From the IMG/VR virus record IMGVR_UViG_3300046167_000801: a stretch of 64,000 bases of DNA. One strand, given 5' to 3'. A program made the translations under genes and the position numbers. The stretch is from a virus (taxonomy: Duplodnaviria > Caudoviricetes). A model generated the notes under the pieces. It was not told where the DNA came from, did no database searches, and worked only from the letters and a program-made list of their open reading frames with translations. This document shows positions 32,036-40,275 of the stretch, in pieces; position 1 is the first letter of the stretch, and the number at the start of each line of letters is the position of its first letter.

Positions 32036-33362
32036 AATTATTGAAGAAACGATCTCACAAGAGATAAAGGACACCATTCTGAAAGAAGGAAGTGGTGATA
32101 AGACCGCATACTGTATTAAGTGTGAGGGTGAATACGTTGAGGTTTGTGACACAAAAGAGGAGGCGGACCAAAAATGTGAAGAATATAATAAAAATAACCC
32201 CGACAAAGATTTTGTTGTGGAAATAGAAACCTACGAATCAAAACAAGATTTATTAGATAAATTAGATCAGTTAGGTGAAGAATTAGACTCAAAAGACATG
32301 AAAAAAGACCATTCAATAGAAGAATTAGAACAAGATCAAAATGAATCAGCATTTGTTTTGGCGGCAGATGCGGCTAAAGATGCTGGTAAGGATGAATTTG
32401 AATTCCCTGAAGGAAGTGGAAAGATGCATCCCGTAACAATTAAAACAGATATTGACGAGAAAGAAGAATGTCAAGAGTGTGGAGATAAAATGTACGAAGA
32501 TGAGGAAGGAACTGTTGAACCACTTTATGAAGGTCAGTGTGAGGAATGTGGGAAACCTTTATGTGAGTGTGGAAGTATGGAAGAATCAGAAGATAAAGAT
32601 TCACTCCCAACTATGAATGAAATATCTAAATGTGTTAAAGAAGGAATGACATATGAAGATATTTGTGAAAAATATTCAAAATGTGATAAGGAAAAATTAA
32701 AAGAAATGTATGAATCTTGTGGTAAACAACACGAAGGTAAAGAACCTAAAGTACTTAGATTATCGGAATCACAATTAATAGATATGATCAGTAAATTAGT
32801 TAATGAAGCAGTAACACCGGGTTTAAAGGCGGTTAAAGATTCCCATAAATTAAGTAATAAAGAAACAAAAGAACATATGGCTAACGTAGATAAGAAATTA
32901 AAGAAGGCATTATCGATTGAAGGTAATGACAATCCTGAATTTCCAAATGCATCAGGGAAAGGTGAAATAGACCCTAAAAAAGTAGTACATAATACCGAAG
33001 AAGAGAATGAAGAGGTAGATATGGAAAGAGGGGAACATGTGTTAGATTTAGATTATGATCACGAACCTAGTGACGAGTTTAAAGATAGAGTTAAAAAGGC
33101 GTTAGAAGGTGACTCTACTATGGGTAATGCAGACGGTGGAAACACAATTCCTACTGAAACAGGTAAAAATTTGGCTAAGACAGCCGAGAAAAGAAAAGAA
33201 AGGTATGAAAATCAACCTATGTATAAGAAAGATATACAACCTGTTAAAGTTGTTAAAGAAGAGAAAGAAGAATTAACCGAATCAAAAGAAAAAACAAACG
33301 TTTTAGAGGAAGAAATTCAAAGATTGAAGGATCTTTCAAATTATAACGAAAAGACTCAATAA
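32013..33362 (+). CDS. Highly acidic protein with CxxC motifs, possible internal head or scaffold protein
   Basis: Glu-rich, with CQECG, CEECG and CECG motifs. TATTTATA lies 4 nt upstream. Confidence 0.65.
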   Translation: MKVSELNKIIEETISQEIKDTILKEGSGDKTAYCIKCEGEYVEVCDTKEEADQKCEEYNKNNPDKDFVVEIETYESKQDLLDKLDQLGEELDSKDMKKDHSIEELEQDQNESAFVLAADAAKDAGKDEFEFPEGSGKMHPVTIKTDIDEKEECQECGDKMYEDEEGTVEPLYEGQCEECGKPLCECGSMEESEDKDSLPTMNEISKCVKEGMTYEDICEKYSKCDKEKLKEMYESCGKQHEGKEPKVLRLSESQLIDMISKLVNEAVTPGLKAVKDSHKLSNKETKEHMANVDKKLKKALSIEGNDNPEFPNASGKGEIDPKKVVHNTEEENEEVDMERGEHVLDLDYDHEPSDEFKDRVKKALEGDSTMGNADGGNTIPTETGKNLAKTAEKRKERYENQPMYKKDIQPVKVVKEEKEELTESKEKTNVLEEEIQRLKDLSNYNEKTQ

Positions 33363-33367
33363 TATTG

Positions 33368-33396
33368 TTGTCTTTGTTTTCTTTTATTCGTATATT
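33368..33396 (+). promoter_or_regulatory. sigma70-like promoter TTGTCT-N17-TATATT
   Basis: Intergenic, exact spacing. Confidence 0.65.
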
Positions 33397-33408
33397 TTTA
33401 ATGAAAAT

Positions 33409-33864
33409 ATGGAAAATAAAGACACATATCTTAAATCAATACTCAAGGATCAAGACTACGGATACCAGACGGAAGTGTGGTATCGTGCTTACAGTATCAC
33501 AACAGAAAAAATAGAACTATTCTACGACTTAGTGGATTCACTCTATAGAATAGTGGATCAAACCTACTTAGGTCCTGACGCTATCATTACAGAAGATGAA
33601 CAAAGAAAACATTTTACATGGTGTTGGGATAAAGTCATTAATAATCTATCTAAAGAAAAGATAAATTTTAATAGTAGGGGAATACACTATGAATATTTTT
33701 GGGATTTCTTTTTAGAATCATTTTATTATTTAAAAATGGATGAGGAAGAAATTAAAATTAAGGAATATCTCTATAGACTCTTCAATTACAACCACAAAAA
33801 GACAAGATCTGAACTAGCGGTTCTAACAGAAATTTATAAATTACTAGAAAATAACTTGAACTAG
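33409..33864 (+). CDS. Hypothetical protein
   Basis: Track ORF with an upstream promoter. Confidence 0.75.
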   Translation: MENKDTYLKSILKDQDYGYQTEVWYRAYSITTEKIELFYDLVDSLYRIVDQTYLGPDAIITEDEQRKHFTWCWDKVINNLSKEKINFNSRGIHYEYFWDFFLESFYYLKMDEEEIKIKEYLYRLFNYNHKKTRSELAVLTEIYKLLENNLN

Positions 33865-33884
33865 TAAAATAAATTCCGTATATT
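33856..33884 (+). promoter_or_regulatory. sigma70-like promoter TTGAAC-N17-TATATT
   Basis: Exact spacing, upstream of the Hc1-like gene. Confidence 0.65.
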
Positions 33885-33907
33885 ACTATCAGAAACGGTA
33901 ATAAAGT

Positions 33908-34090
33908 ATGGAAACGTTAGGAAAAATTAAGGACCTTGTAGAGAAAATGTCGGTTGACACTCACAAGGTATACGACAAAGGTAACAGATCTGCATCAATC
34001 AGAGCACGAAAATACGCTCAAGAAGTAAAGAGTCTTATTGCATCATTCAGAAAAGAAATATTAGACGAAATAAAGAGACATGATAAATAA
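33908..34090 (+). CDS. Histone H1-like (Hc1 family, Bacteroidota type) small protein
   Basis: KGNRSASIRARKYAQEVKSLIASFRKE matches the family signature GNKAAGTRARK...KEFRK. Confidence 0.75.
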   Translation: METLGKIKDLVEKMSVDTHKVYDKGNRSASIRARKYAQEVKSLIASFRKEILDEIKRHDK

Positions 34091-34259
34091 TATAGAATTA
34101 TACATTTTGGTCTTATCGATAGTTTTCGTTCTAAGATTTATAGTTGAGTTTATAGTAAAATTATTTATAACATCTGCAGAACCATTATCAACAAATAAAT
34201 ATGAGAAAGTAACTCTATACTTCGCAATCTCATATATAATAACATATATAATAACATAA
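34080..34259 (+). CDS. 59-aa two-helix membrane protein (not in track)
   Basis: Manually translated as MINNIELYILVLSIVFVLRFIVEFIVKLF...VTLYFAISYIITYIIT*. It fills the gap between neighbouring genes. Confidence 0.6.
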   Translation: MINNIELYILVLSIVFVLRFIVEFIVKLFITSAEPLSTNKYEKVTLYFAISYIITYIIT

Positions 34260-34264
34260 AATAA

Positions 34265-34765
34265 GTGTACGAAATAATAAAACCTTTAAGACCTTATTTC
34301 TTTTCTCTAAGAGAGATTAAGGGAAATGTTAGTTTAGATTTAAAACTTCCATCAAAATGGAAATACGAAGAAATTGTTTCTGTTTATAAGACCTTAAAAA
34401 TAAAGGTCCAAGACAAAAACGATAAAGATGTTTTAGTCTCTTTTATATGTGAATCATCTCAAGATGGATACAACACGGCACTACAATGTGCAAATGAAGT
34501 GGTTGAAAAAAACATTGAAGATGAAAAGAAGAGAGAGTTGTTCGATAAGAAAGTTAGAGAAATGAGAGCATTGTTTGAGGAAAGTAAGTTAGATGATCTC
34601 GAAAATTTAAAATTTGAAAGTAATGTCCAAGAATACGACACGCAAAGAATTAGATTGGTTGGAGAAGGAGATTCAAAAGGATCAGTTGGAAGTGGAGACA
34701 CACAAGAAAAAAATGATTCAACAACTGATGAAGACGAAGAAGGAGGATCTATTCAAAGTCCCTGA
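34265..34765 (+). CDS. Hypothetical protein
   Basis: Track ORF with GTG start. Its C-terminus overlaps the next gene. Confidence 0.7.
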   Translation: MYEIIKPLRPYFFSLREIKGNVSLDLKLPSKWKYEEIVSVYKTLKIKVQDKNDKDVLVSFICESSQDGYNTALQCANEVVEKNIEDEKKRELFDKKVREMRALFEESKLDDLENLKFESNVQEYDTQRIRLVGEGDSKGSVGSGDTQEKNDSTTDEDEEGGSIQSP

Positions 34766-34829
34766 AAGTAAAAAAACAAATAAATTTAAAGACCTACTAA
34801 CCAAAGTAGGTAAAATATTAGGTATATAA
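34623..34829 (+). CDS. Small basic hypothetical protein overlapping the previous gene by 143 nt
   Basis: ATG at 34623, protein-like composition, TAATG coupling to 34829. Confidence 0.6.
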   Translation: MSKNTTRKELDWLEKEIQKDQLEVETHKKKMIQQLMKTKKEDLFKVPESKKTNKFKDLLTKVGKILGI

Positions 34830-35074
34830 TGTCAAAAGAAAAAAAAGGTGACATATTAAATCAATTAGCCATTATTTCAGATCTAATAGAAAAAGTCGCA
34901 TTTGATTTTAATGGGGGTACGGTATTTTATGAATTAACTGAGGAAGAATACGATAAAATATTAGAATACATTAAAACTAAATTTGATGGTAATGAGGTTG
35001 AGGAAACTGATTCTAATACATTTTCCATTTTAATAGGGGACATCTCCTTTATGTTTAGTAAGAATAGTGTCTAA
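34829..35074 (+). CDS. Small hypothetical protein
   Basis: Track ORF. Confidence 0.7.
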   Translation: MSKEKKGDILNQLAIISDLIEKVAFDFNGGTVFYELTEEEYDKILEYIKTKFDGNEVEETDSNTFSILIGDISFMFSKNSV

Positions 35075-35705
35075 ATAGATCGGTACGTTTGTAACCTTTC
35101 TTTTCAAGTAAGTTGTATAGGGTTTTTCTTTGTGTGGTAGTAATATCTTTCACAAAAATGAAATTACCCTTTTTTTTATGTTTTAATAAATCTTCCCTAA
35201 GTAAATCAAATAATCTGTCAGAGTCGTATAAGTTCTTATTACCGAACATCCTAACGTTATCTTCTATTTGAAGAAACAATTTAGTATTAAGAGTGAATAT
35301 TTGTGCAATCTCGTCGACCTCAACCAATAAATCTAATAGTTGGTGATATCTAATGTGTCCCTTATTATCATGATCGTATATTTTCTCTTCCTGCCAATAA
35401 GGAACTATTTCCTTCATTCTGAAACCCTTCATATCAACACCCGCTTCGTACAATCTACCGAACTCATCTCTTTTGACAACTGTTTTTTTCTTTGCCCATC
35501 TATTATCGGGATATATTAGTGCGAGTTCGTAATCTAACTTTTGGTTGCGTTTACCACCGTACTCTTTTGTATACCTCGGTTTCTTTTCGGTTTTTAACTC
35601 ATACCACATATCACGTATTGCGGGAAGACTAATAGTTTGGTAAAAGAGTTTCTTTCTTTTTTTATTACAGAAGAGTATTATTTTATATTTCTTCTTCTTT
35701 TTCAT
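35055..35705 (-). CDS. Basic hypothetical protein (minus strand)
   Basis: Track ORF with no + strand ORF opposite. The strand skew flips to T-rich here, and the likely ATG is 35705. Confidence 0.8.
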   Translation of the reverse strand: MKKKKKYKIILFCNKKRKKLFYQTISLPAIRDMWYELKTEKKPRYTKEYGGKRNQKLDYELALIYPDNRWAKKKTVVKRDEFGRLYEAGVDMKGFRMKEIVPYWQEEKIYDHDNKGHIRYHQLLDLLVEVDEIAQIFTLNTKLFLQIEDNVRMFGNKNLYDSDRLFDLLREDLLKHKKKGNFIFVKDITTTQRKTLYNLLEKKGYKRTDLFRHYSY

Positions 35706-35707
35706 AC

Positions 35708-35872
35708 TCAAAATAACAGAGATAGGATTTTGTAAAGTCCGTACACGGATAAACCTAAAACTATGAATAGGGATATTTTAATACTTTTTTCTACTTTGAT
35801 TACTTCTTGAAGTAGTTCTTCCCTTTCTTGTTTTTTCTTACACTTTGAGCAAGATTCCTTTTTTTTCTTCAT
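35708..35872 (-). CDS. 54-aa protein with a CxxC motif and C-terminal transmembrane helix (not in track)
   Basis: Manually translated as MKKKKESCSKCKKKQEREELLQEVIKVEKSIKISLFIVLGLSVYGLYKILSLLF*. Confidence 0.65.
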   Translation of the reverse strand: MKKKKESCSKCKKKQEREELLQEVIKVEKSIKISLFIVLGLSVYGLYKILSLLF

Positions 35873-35908
35873 AATAATAATATATGTAATTTATAACTAT
35901 TTATCAAT

Positions 35909-36661
35909 ATGAAACTTTTGGAAATAGTCGAGGGTGATAAAATAAAGTGTGAGAGCTGCGGATGGAGTTGGAAAATATCCGAAGGTGGTGACGACTTATA
36001 CATTTGTCATAAATGTGGTAACGACACGAATGCCGATACCATAAATGAATCACTAAAAGACCTTAAGTTCAGTGAATCAATAAGTGATAAACATCAAAAA
36101 GAAATAGATTATAATAGGGAAAGTGGTTTGTTTAAGGACTTTGACATTTCTAAATATAAGAAAATGTATCCTCCGAGTAATGACTCTAAGATTGCAAAAG
36201 AAGAATTGAAAACATTATCATCACTACCCGAACAAAAGGACTTCGTTGAAAAATATGATCGAATATTCAAATCATTTAAAAAATATGCGGAACAACGGGA
36301 CCATAAAATACCTAAAACCCAAATTAAAGAGGTTATTAAAAGTGCGGCGGGTATAATTTATGAATTAAAGTATCATTTTAACAGACCAAGACCACAACAA
36401 ATAGCGGAACATAATGATATGAAGATAGGTGGTATGGATTTAGAAAGTGCAAAATCACCATCATACCCATCTGGTCATTCAACTCAATCTAAAATAGTTG
36501 GAGAAATATTAGTTGAAGTCACTAAAGACGTGGGGTATCGTAATATTGCCGAAAAAATATCCATAAGTAGAAATGTGGGTCGCGTACATTTTCCTAGCGA
36601 TTCTAAGTTAGGTGAGAAGTTGGGTGAAGATTTATTTGAATTCCTAAAAAACAAGAGATAA
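35909..36661 (+). CDS. PAP2/haloperoxidase-superfamily phosphatase with an N-terminal Zn ribbon
   Basis: All three PAP2 motifs: KYHFNRPRP, YPSGHS and SRNVGRVHFPSD. N-terminal CESC...CHKC. Confidence 0.85.
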   Translation: MKLLEIVEGDKIKCESCGWSWKISEGGDDLYICHKCGNDTNADTINESLKDLKFSESISDKHQKEIDYNRESGLFKDFDISKYKKMYPPSNDSKIAKEELKTLSSLPEQKDFVEKYDRIFKSFKKYAEQRDHKIPKTQIKEVIKSAAGIIYELKYHFNRPRPQQIAEHNDMKIGGMDLESAKSPSYPSGHSTQSKIVGEILVEVTKDVGYRNIAEKISISRNVGRVHFPSDSKLGEKLGEDLFEFLKNKR

Positions 36662-36666
36662 CGAGG

Positions 36667-36695
36667 TTGACTTACTCATTCTTTTTCTGTATATT
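36667..36695 (+). promoter_or_regulatory. sigma70-like promoter TTGACT-N17-TATATT
   Basis: Intergenic, exact spacing, upstream of the dam-nusG operon. Confidence 0.75.
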
Positions 36696-36725
36696 TTATA
36701 TAAGTAAACGAAACATCGAAATTAC

Positions 36726-37670
36726 ATGATAAGTTATATTGGAGGTAAAGCCAGAATAGGGAAATGGATAGTTCCGTTCATTCCTAATGACATCGAGACA
36801 TACGTTGAACCTTTCTCAGGGATGTTTTGGGTGTTCTTCAATATGGACCTTAAAAAATATCCTAATCTTAAGACAGTAGTGTATAATGACTTCAATGGGT
36901 TGAACGCAAACCTAATGAAGTGTTCTTTAGACTATGATAGAATGCATGAAGAATTAAATAAGTATATCGAATATGTGCAGGTAGTCGGTGAAGAAAATAC
37001 ACCTCCCGAATGTAGAGAATTCTTCAATAGATGTCAAGAAGAGGTCTTTCATCCTGACTACGAAATAGGGGAGTATCCAAATTACGAGGCAGCAGTAAAA
37101 TATGTTTACGTATTAACACAAATATTTTCAGGATCCAAACCTGAAACCTCAAACTACACAGATTATAAAGGTAAGTATCGTTGTAAAGTCTTGATATTTA
37201 TGGATAAGTTGAAGAATGGTAAGTTTAGAGAACACTTCGACAAAATAACGTTCGTGGAAAATATGGATTTTCAAGATGTAATAGAGAAATATGATTCTCC
37301 CACCTCTTACTTCTATACTGACCCACCTTATTGGAAAACTGAAAACTATTATTCGAATCACGATTTTGATAGGTCAGACCATGAGAGATTAGCGGACTGT
37401 TTAAAAAATTCGGAAGGGAGATACAGTTTATCGTATTATGACTTTCCATTATTACAGACGTGGTTTCCTTACACGGATTACAAATGGGAAAAGAAGGGTT
37501 TTAAAAAATCCGCAGCAGCGAAGAAAGACGGTACACAAAATACAGGTATTGAAATTCTGATAATGAACTACGGACAACCATCATACAAGGAGGGAGAACA
37601 ACTAAGTATGTTTGAACTTGTGGATGATGAAAAGGACAAAACAAAAAAAATATTAGTCCCTAAACTGTAG
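36726..37670 (+). CDS. dam: Dam-like DNA N6-adenine methyltransferase
   Basis: SYIGGK, YVEPFSG, VYNDFN and catalytic DPPY in alpha-class order. Confidence 0.9.
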   Translation: MISYIGGKARIGKWIVPFIPNDIETYVEPFSGMFWVFFNMDLKKYPNLKTVVYNDFNGLNANLMKCSLDYDRMHEELNKYIEYVQVVGEENTPPECREFFNRCQEEVFHPDYEIGEYPNYEAAVKYVYVLTQIFSGSKPETSNYTDYKGKYRCKVLIFMDKLKNGKFREHFDKITFVENMDFQDVIEKYDSPTSYFYTDPPYWKTENYYSNHDFDRSDHERLADCLKNSEGRYSLSYYDFPLLQTWFPYTDYKWEKKGFKKSAAAKKDGTQNTGIEILIMNYGQPSYKEGEQLSMFELVDDEKDKTKKILVPKL

Positions 37671-37692
37671 TTTATAGTTTATTATATAAAGT

Positions 37693-38214
37693 ATGGGTAG
37701 TTATTGGTATTTAGTAAAAGTACTGCCAGGTAAAGAGAGACAACTTAAAGATAAATTCAATTCGGATATTGAGTTGGGTAACATCAGAGGAATAAAAGAA
37801 TTTGTTTGTCCATTAGAGAAAGAACTTAAAATGGTCAAAACAAAGAAAGTCGTAAGAGAAAAAGTAATATACACAGGTTACTTATATTTTAATACGGATG
37901 AACTTCTAACAGAAGACGATCTAACTAACTTGTCCTACTTACCTGACACCATGAAAGTTTTGGGGGACAAAAGACCGATAAGAGTCAGAGATAGGGAAAT
38001 TCAAAGGGTTCTAAAAAATGGTCAAGAAGGTCAGGAAATCGTAAGTAGTATACAATACAACATAGGTGAAACAATTAAGGTTATTGACGGACCGTTTAAC
38101 ACCTTCGATGGTGAAATCAGATCTATAAATGGTGATAAGGTTGATGTAGATGTTAAGGTTTTTGGTAGACCTACCAAAGTTACGTTATCAAAAGAACAGA
38201 TAGATAAATTATGA
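37693..38214 (+). CDS. nusG: NusG-family transcription factor (NGN + KOW)
   Basis: WYLVKVLPGKE, IYTGYL and GETIKVIDGPFNTFDGEI...VKVFGRPTKV. Confidence 0.92.
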   Translation: MGSYWYLVKVLPGKERQLKDKFNSDIELGNIRGIKEFVCPLEKELKMVKTKKVVREKVIYTGYLYFNTDELLTEDDLTNLSYLPDTMKVLGDKRPIRVRDREIQRVLKNGQEGQEIVSSIQYNIGETIKVIDGPFNTFDGEIRSINGDKVDVDVKVFGRPTKVTLSKEQIDKL

Positions 38215-38540
38215 TAGACGCTGAGGTGTTATTATATATTGCGAAACTAACAAAGTATTTGGATACCAATAAAAATGCGAGAGAACATTTTGTTGGTGAT
38301 TTAGACGTGGAAATTTTCTTAGAAAATGTCACTATGATTGCAATGGGGAACTTCGAAAAAAAGAACGACCCCACATTATCAATGGATCAATTTGAACAAA
38401 TAAGAAAGTCCATGAGGTCGTCGGAGTTAAAGAAGGGCATTATGGAAGAAATAAATGAAATTTCTAATAGAGACGATAGTTATTATGAACCTACAATCTT
38501 TATAGATGAAAGAGGTCTTGAAACAATTAAAACTAAATGA
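38211..38540 (+). CDS. Hypothetical protein
   Basis: Track ORF with ATGA overlap. Confidence 0.7.
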   Translation: MIDAEVLLYIAKLTKYLDTNKNAREHFVGDLDVEIFLENVTMIAMGNFEKKNDPTLSMDQFEQIRKSMRSSELKKGIMEEINEISNRDDSYYEPTIFIDERGLETIKTK

Positions 38541-39616
38541 ATATACCTAAATATTATCCAATATTTGAATCAACATATAGTGAGGAGATTGCCAGTGAAC
38601 AAATCTTCATACTAAAATACGAAAAATTACCTTCAGTAAAGTCATATAGGGTACCCTTCAGCGAAAGAGTTTTGGAACTCATAACTAAGGACGGGTTTTC
38701 AATACTGAGTAAATTAAGTAGTGAGTACCAGACAAGTATAAGGACCCTAATTGGGAGAACATCTGAAGAGACTCTATATCATTTTGATGATAAGGAATTA
38801 CTAATTAAAACTAAAAGAGGTAAAGGGAATAAAAATATTACTCTAACTTTTTATTATTCTCACGACAATGGTAGTATTGAGTCTCAGTACAATTTAGACA
38901 AATTAAAAAGACATATTACGAAAAAAAAGAAAGGTAATATATCTTTAATAAAGTCTCATAGCGGTGGATTTTTAGATTTGGAAGAGTATGAATTGAAAAT
39001 ACCTAAAACGGATTTAAAACTTAATTATGGTAAAGATTTTAAGAAAATCCACGATACTATAGTTAAGAGGTTAAATAGGGATAATGATAAGGGTATTGTT
39101 CTTTTACATGGTGAACCTGGTACGGGTAAAACGACCTATATAAAATATTTATCCTCATTAATAAAAGAAAAACAAATCATATTTGTTCCACCTATGATGG
39201 CGGAATCACTAACAGACCCAACGATTATACCATTCTTAATGGAATATAAAAATAGTATTCTAATAATTGAAGATGCTGAGAAAGTTTTAGGTACTCGAGA
39301 GAATTCAAACAATATGTCACAGAGTACATCTAACCTACTTAACTTAACCGATGGTATCTTGGGGGATTGTTTAAATATACAAATTGTGGCGACTTTCAAC
39401 ACGAAAAGAGATAACATTGATGATGCATTTATGAGAAAAGGAAGGTTAATTGCCGAACATAAGTTTACTAAATTATCAATAGAGGAGAGTAATAAATTAT
39501 TGGAATCACTTTCTAAAGACGTTATAACAGAAGAAGAAATGGCATTATCCGATATATACAATATAGATGTTGATATCTATAAAACAATTAAACAAAAAGG
39601 TAAAATAGGTTTTTAA
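38537..39616 (+). CDS. AAA+ ATPase
   Basis: Walker A GEPGTGKT, Walker B ILIIEDAE, sensor ATFN and arginine finger RKGR. Confidence 0.88.
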   Translation: MNIPKYYPIFESTYSEEIASEQIFILKYEKLPSVKSYRVPFSERVLELITKDGFSILSKLSSEYQTSIRTLIGRTSEETLYHFDDKELLIKTKRGKGNKNITLTFYYSHDNGSIESQYNLDKLKRHITKKKKGNISLIKSHSGGFLDLEEYELKIPKTDLKLNYGKDFKKIHDTIVKRLNRDNDKGIVLLHGEPGTGKTTYIKYLSSLIKEKQIIFVPPMMAESLTDPTIIPFLMEYKNSILIIEDAEKVLGTRENSNNMSQSTSNLLNLTDGILGDCLNIQIVATFNTKRDNIDDAFMRKGRLIAEHKFTKLSIEESNKLLESLSKDVITEEEMALSDIYNIDVDIYKTIKQKGKIGF

Positions 39617-39618
39617 TT

Positions 39619-39924
39619 ATGAAAAATACAACAGGACAAGAAATTTTGTCACTACAAAAAGAAGGTAAGAAAGTTTTAGTGGATTTATGGGCACCATGGT
39701 GTGGACCATGTAAGTCACTAATCCCTAGATTAGAAAATATGGACGAAAAATACGAAAATGTAGAATTCGTAAAAGTTAATGTGGATGAAGATAGATCATA
39801 CGCTCAAGGATTGGGTATAAGAAGTGTACCTACGGTAATTATCTTTGATGGAGACATTGAAGTCGGTAGATTAACGGGTGCTCAGGCAGACACAAACTAT
39901 ACAGACATTTTAGATAAATTGTAA
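39619..39924 (+). CDS. trxA: Thioredoxin
   Basis: VDLWAPWCGPCK and IRSVPT. Confidence 0.92.
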   Translation: MKNTTGQEILSLQKEGKKVLVDLWAPWCGPCKSLIPRLENMDEKYENVEFVKVNVDEDRSYAQGLGIRSVPTVIIFDGDIEVGRLTGAQADTNYTDILDKL

Positions 39925-40193
39925 TGACAACAATATGTGTTTTTACAATGAGGGGATGTTCATATTGTGATGAATTTAAAGAAATATTAAAAAAAGAAAA
40001 CTTAAGTTATCAAGAGTATGATGTTGACGACAATCAATATCTATGGGATCAAGTTGTAAATCAGATTGGTGAAGAAAACCTACCCACAGTGTTTATAAGG
40101 AATGAAAAAGATAGTTTAGGGGTACTTCTAATGCCAGATATAAATGTGGAAAGTCAAGAAGAGATGTTAGAAAAAATCAAAGAAAATATATAA
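39924..40193 (+). CDS. Glutaredoxin-like protein
   Basis: CSYC active site and LPTVFI cis-Pro loop. Confidence 0.8.
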   Translation: MTTICVFTMRGCSYCDEFKEILKKENLSYQEYDVDDNQYLWDQVVNQIGEENLPTVFIRNEKDSLGVLLMPDINVESQEEMLEKIKENI

Positions 40194-40197
40194 AATC

Positions 40198-40227
40198 AAG
40201 GGGGGGACAAAAAAGTCTCCCCTTTTT
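40198..40227 (+). terminator. Rho-independent terminator
   Basis: GGGGGGAC-AAAAAA-GTCTCCCC-TTTTT at the end of the dam...grx operon. Confidence 0.8.
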
Positions 40228-40275
40228 GTTTCCAAGATCCATTTGTCAGGTATTTATAATAAAGTAAACTTTTAG

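Noticed and set aside
34162-34169. Additional TATTTATA copy
   Set aside because: It lies inside a small AT-rich membrane-protein ORF about 95 nt from the next start, so it may be a chance match. Not counted among the 14.
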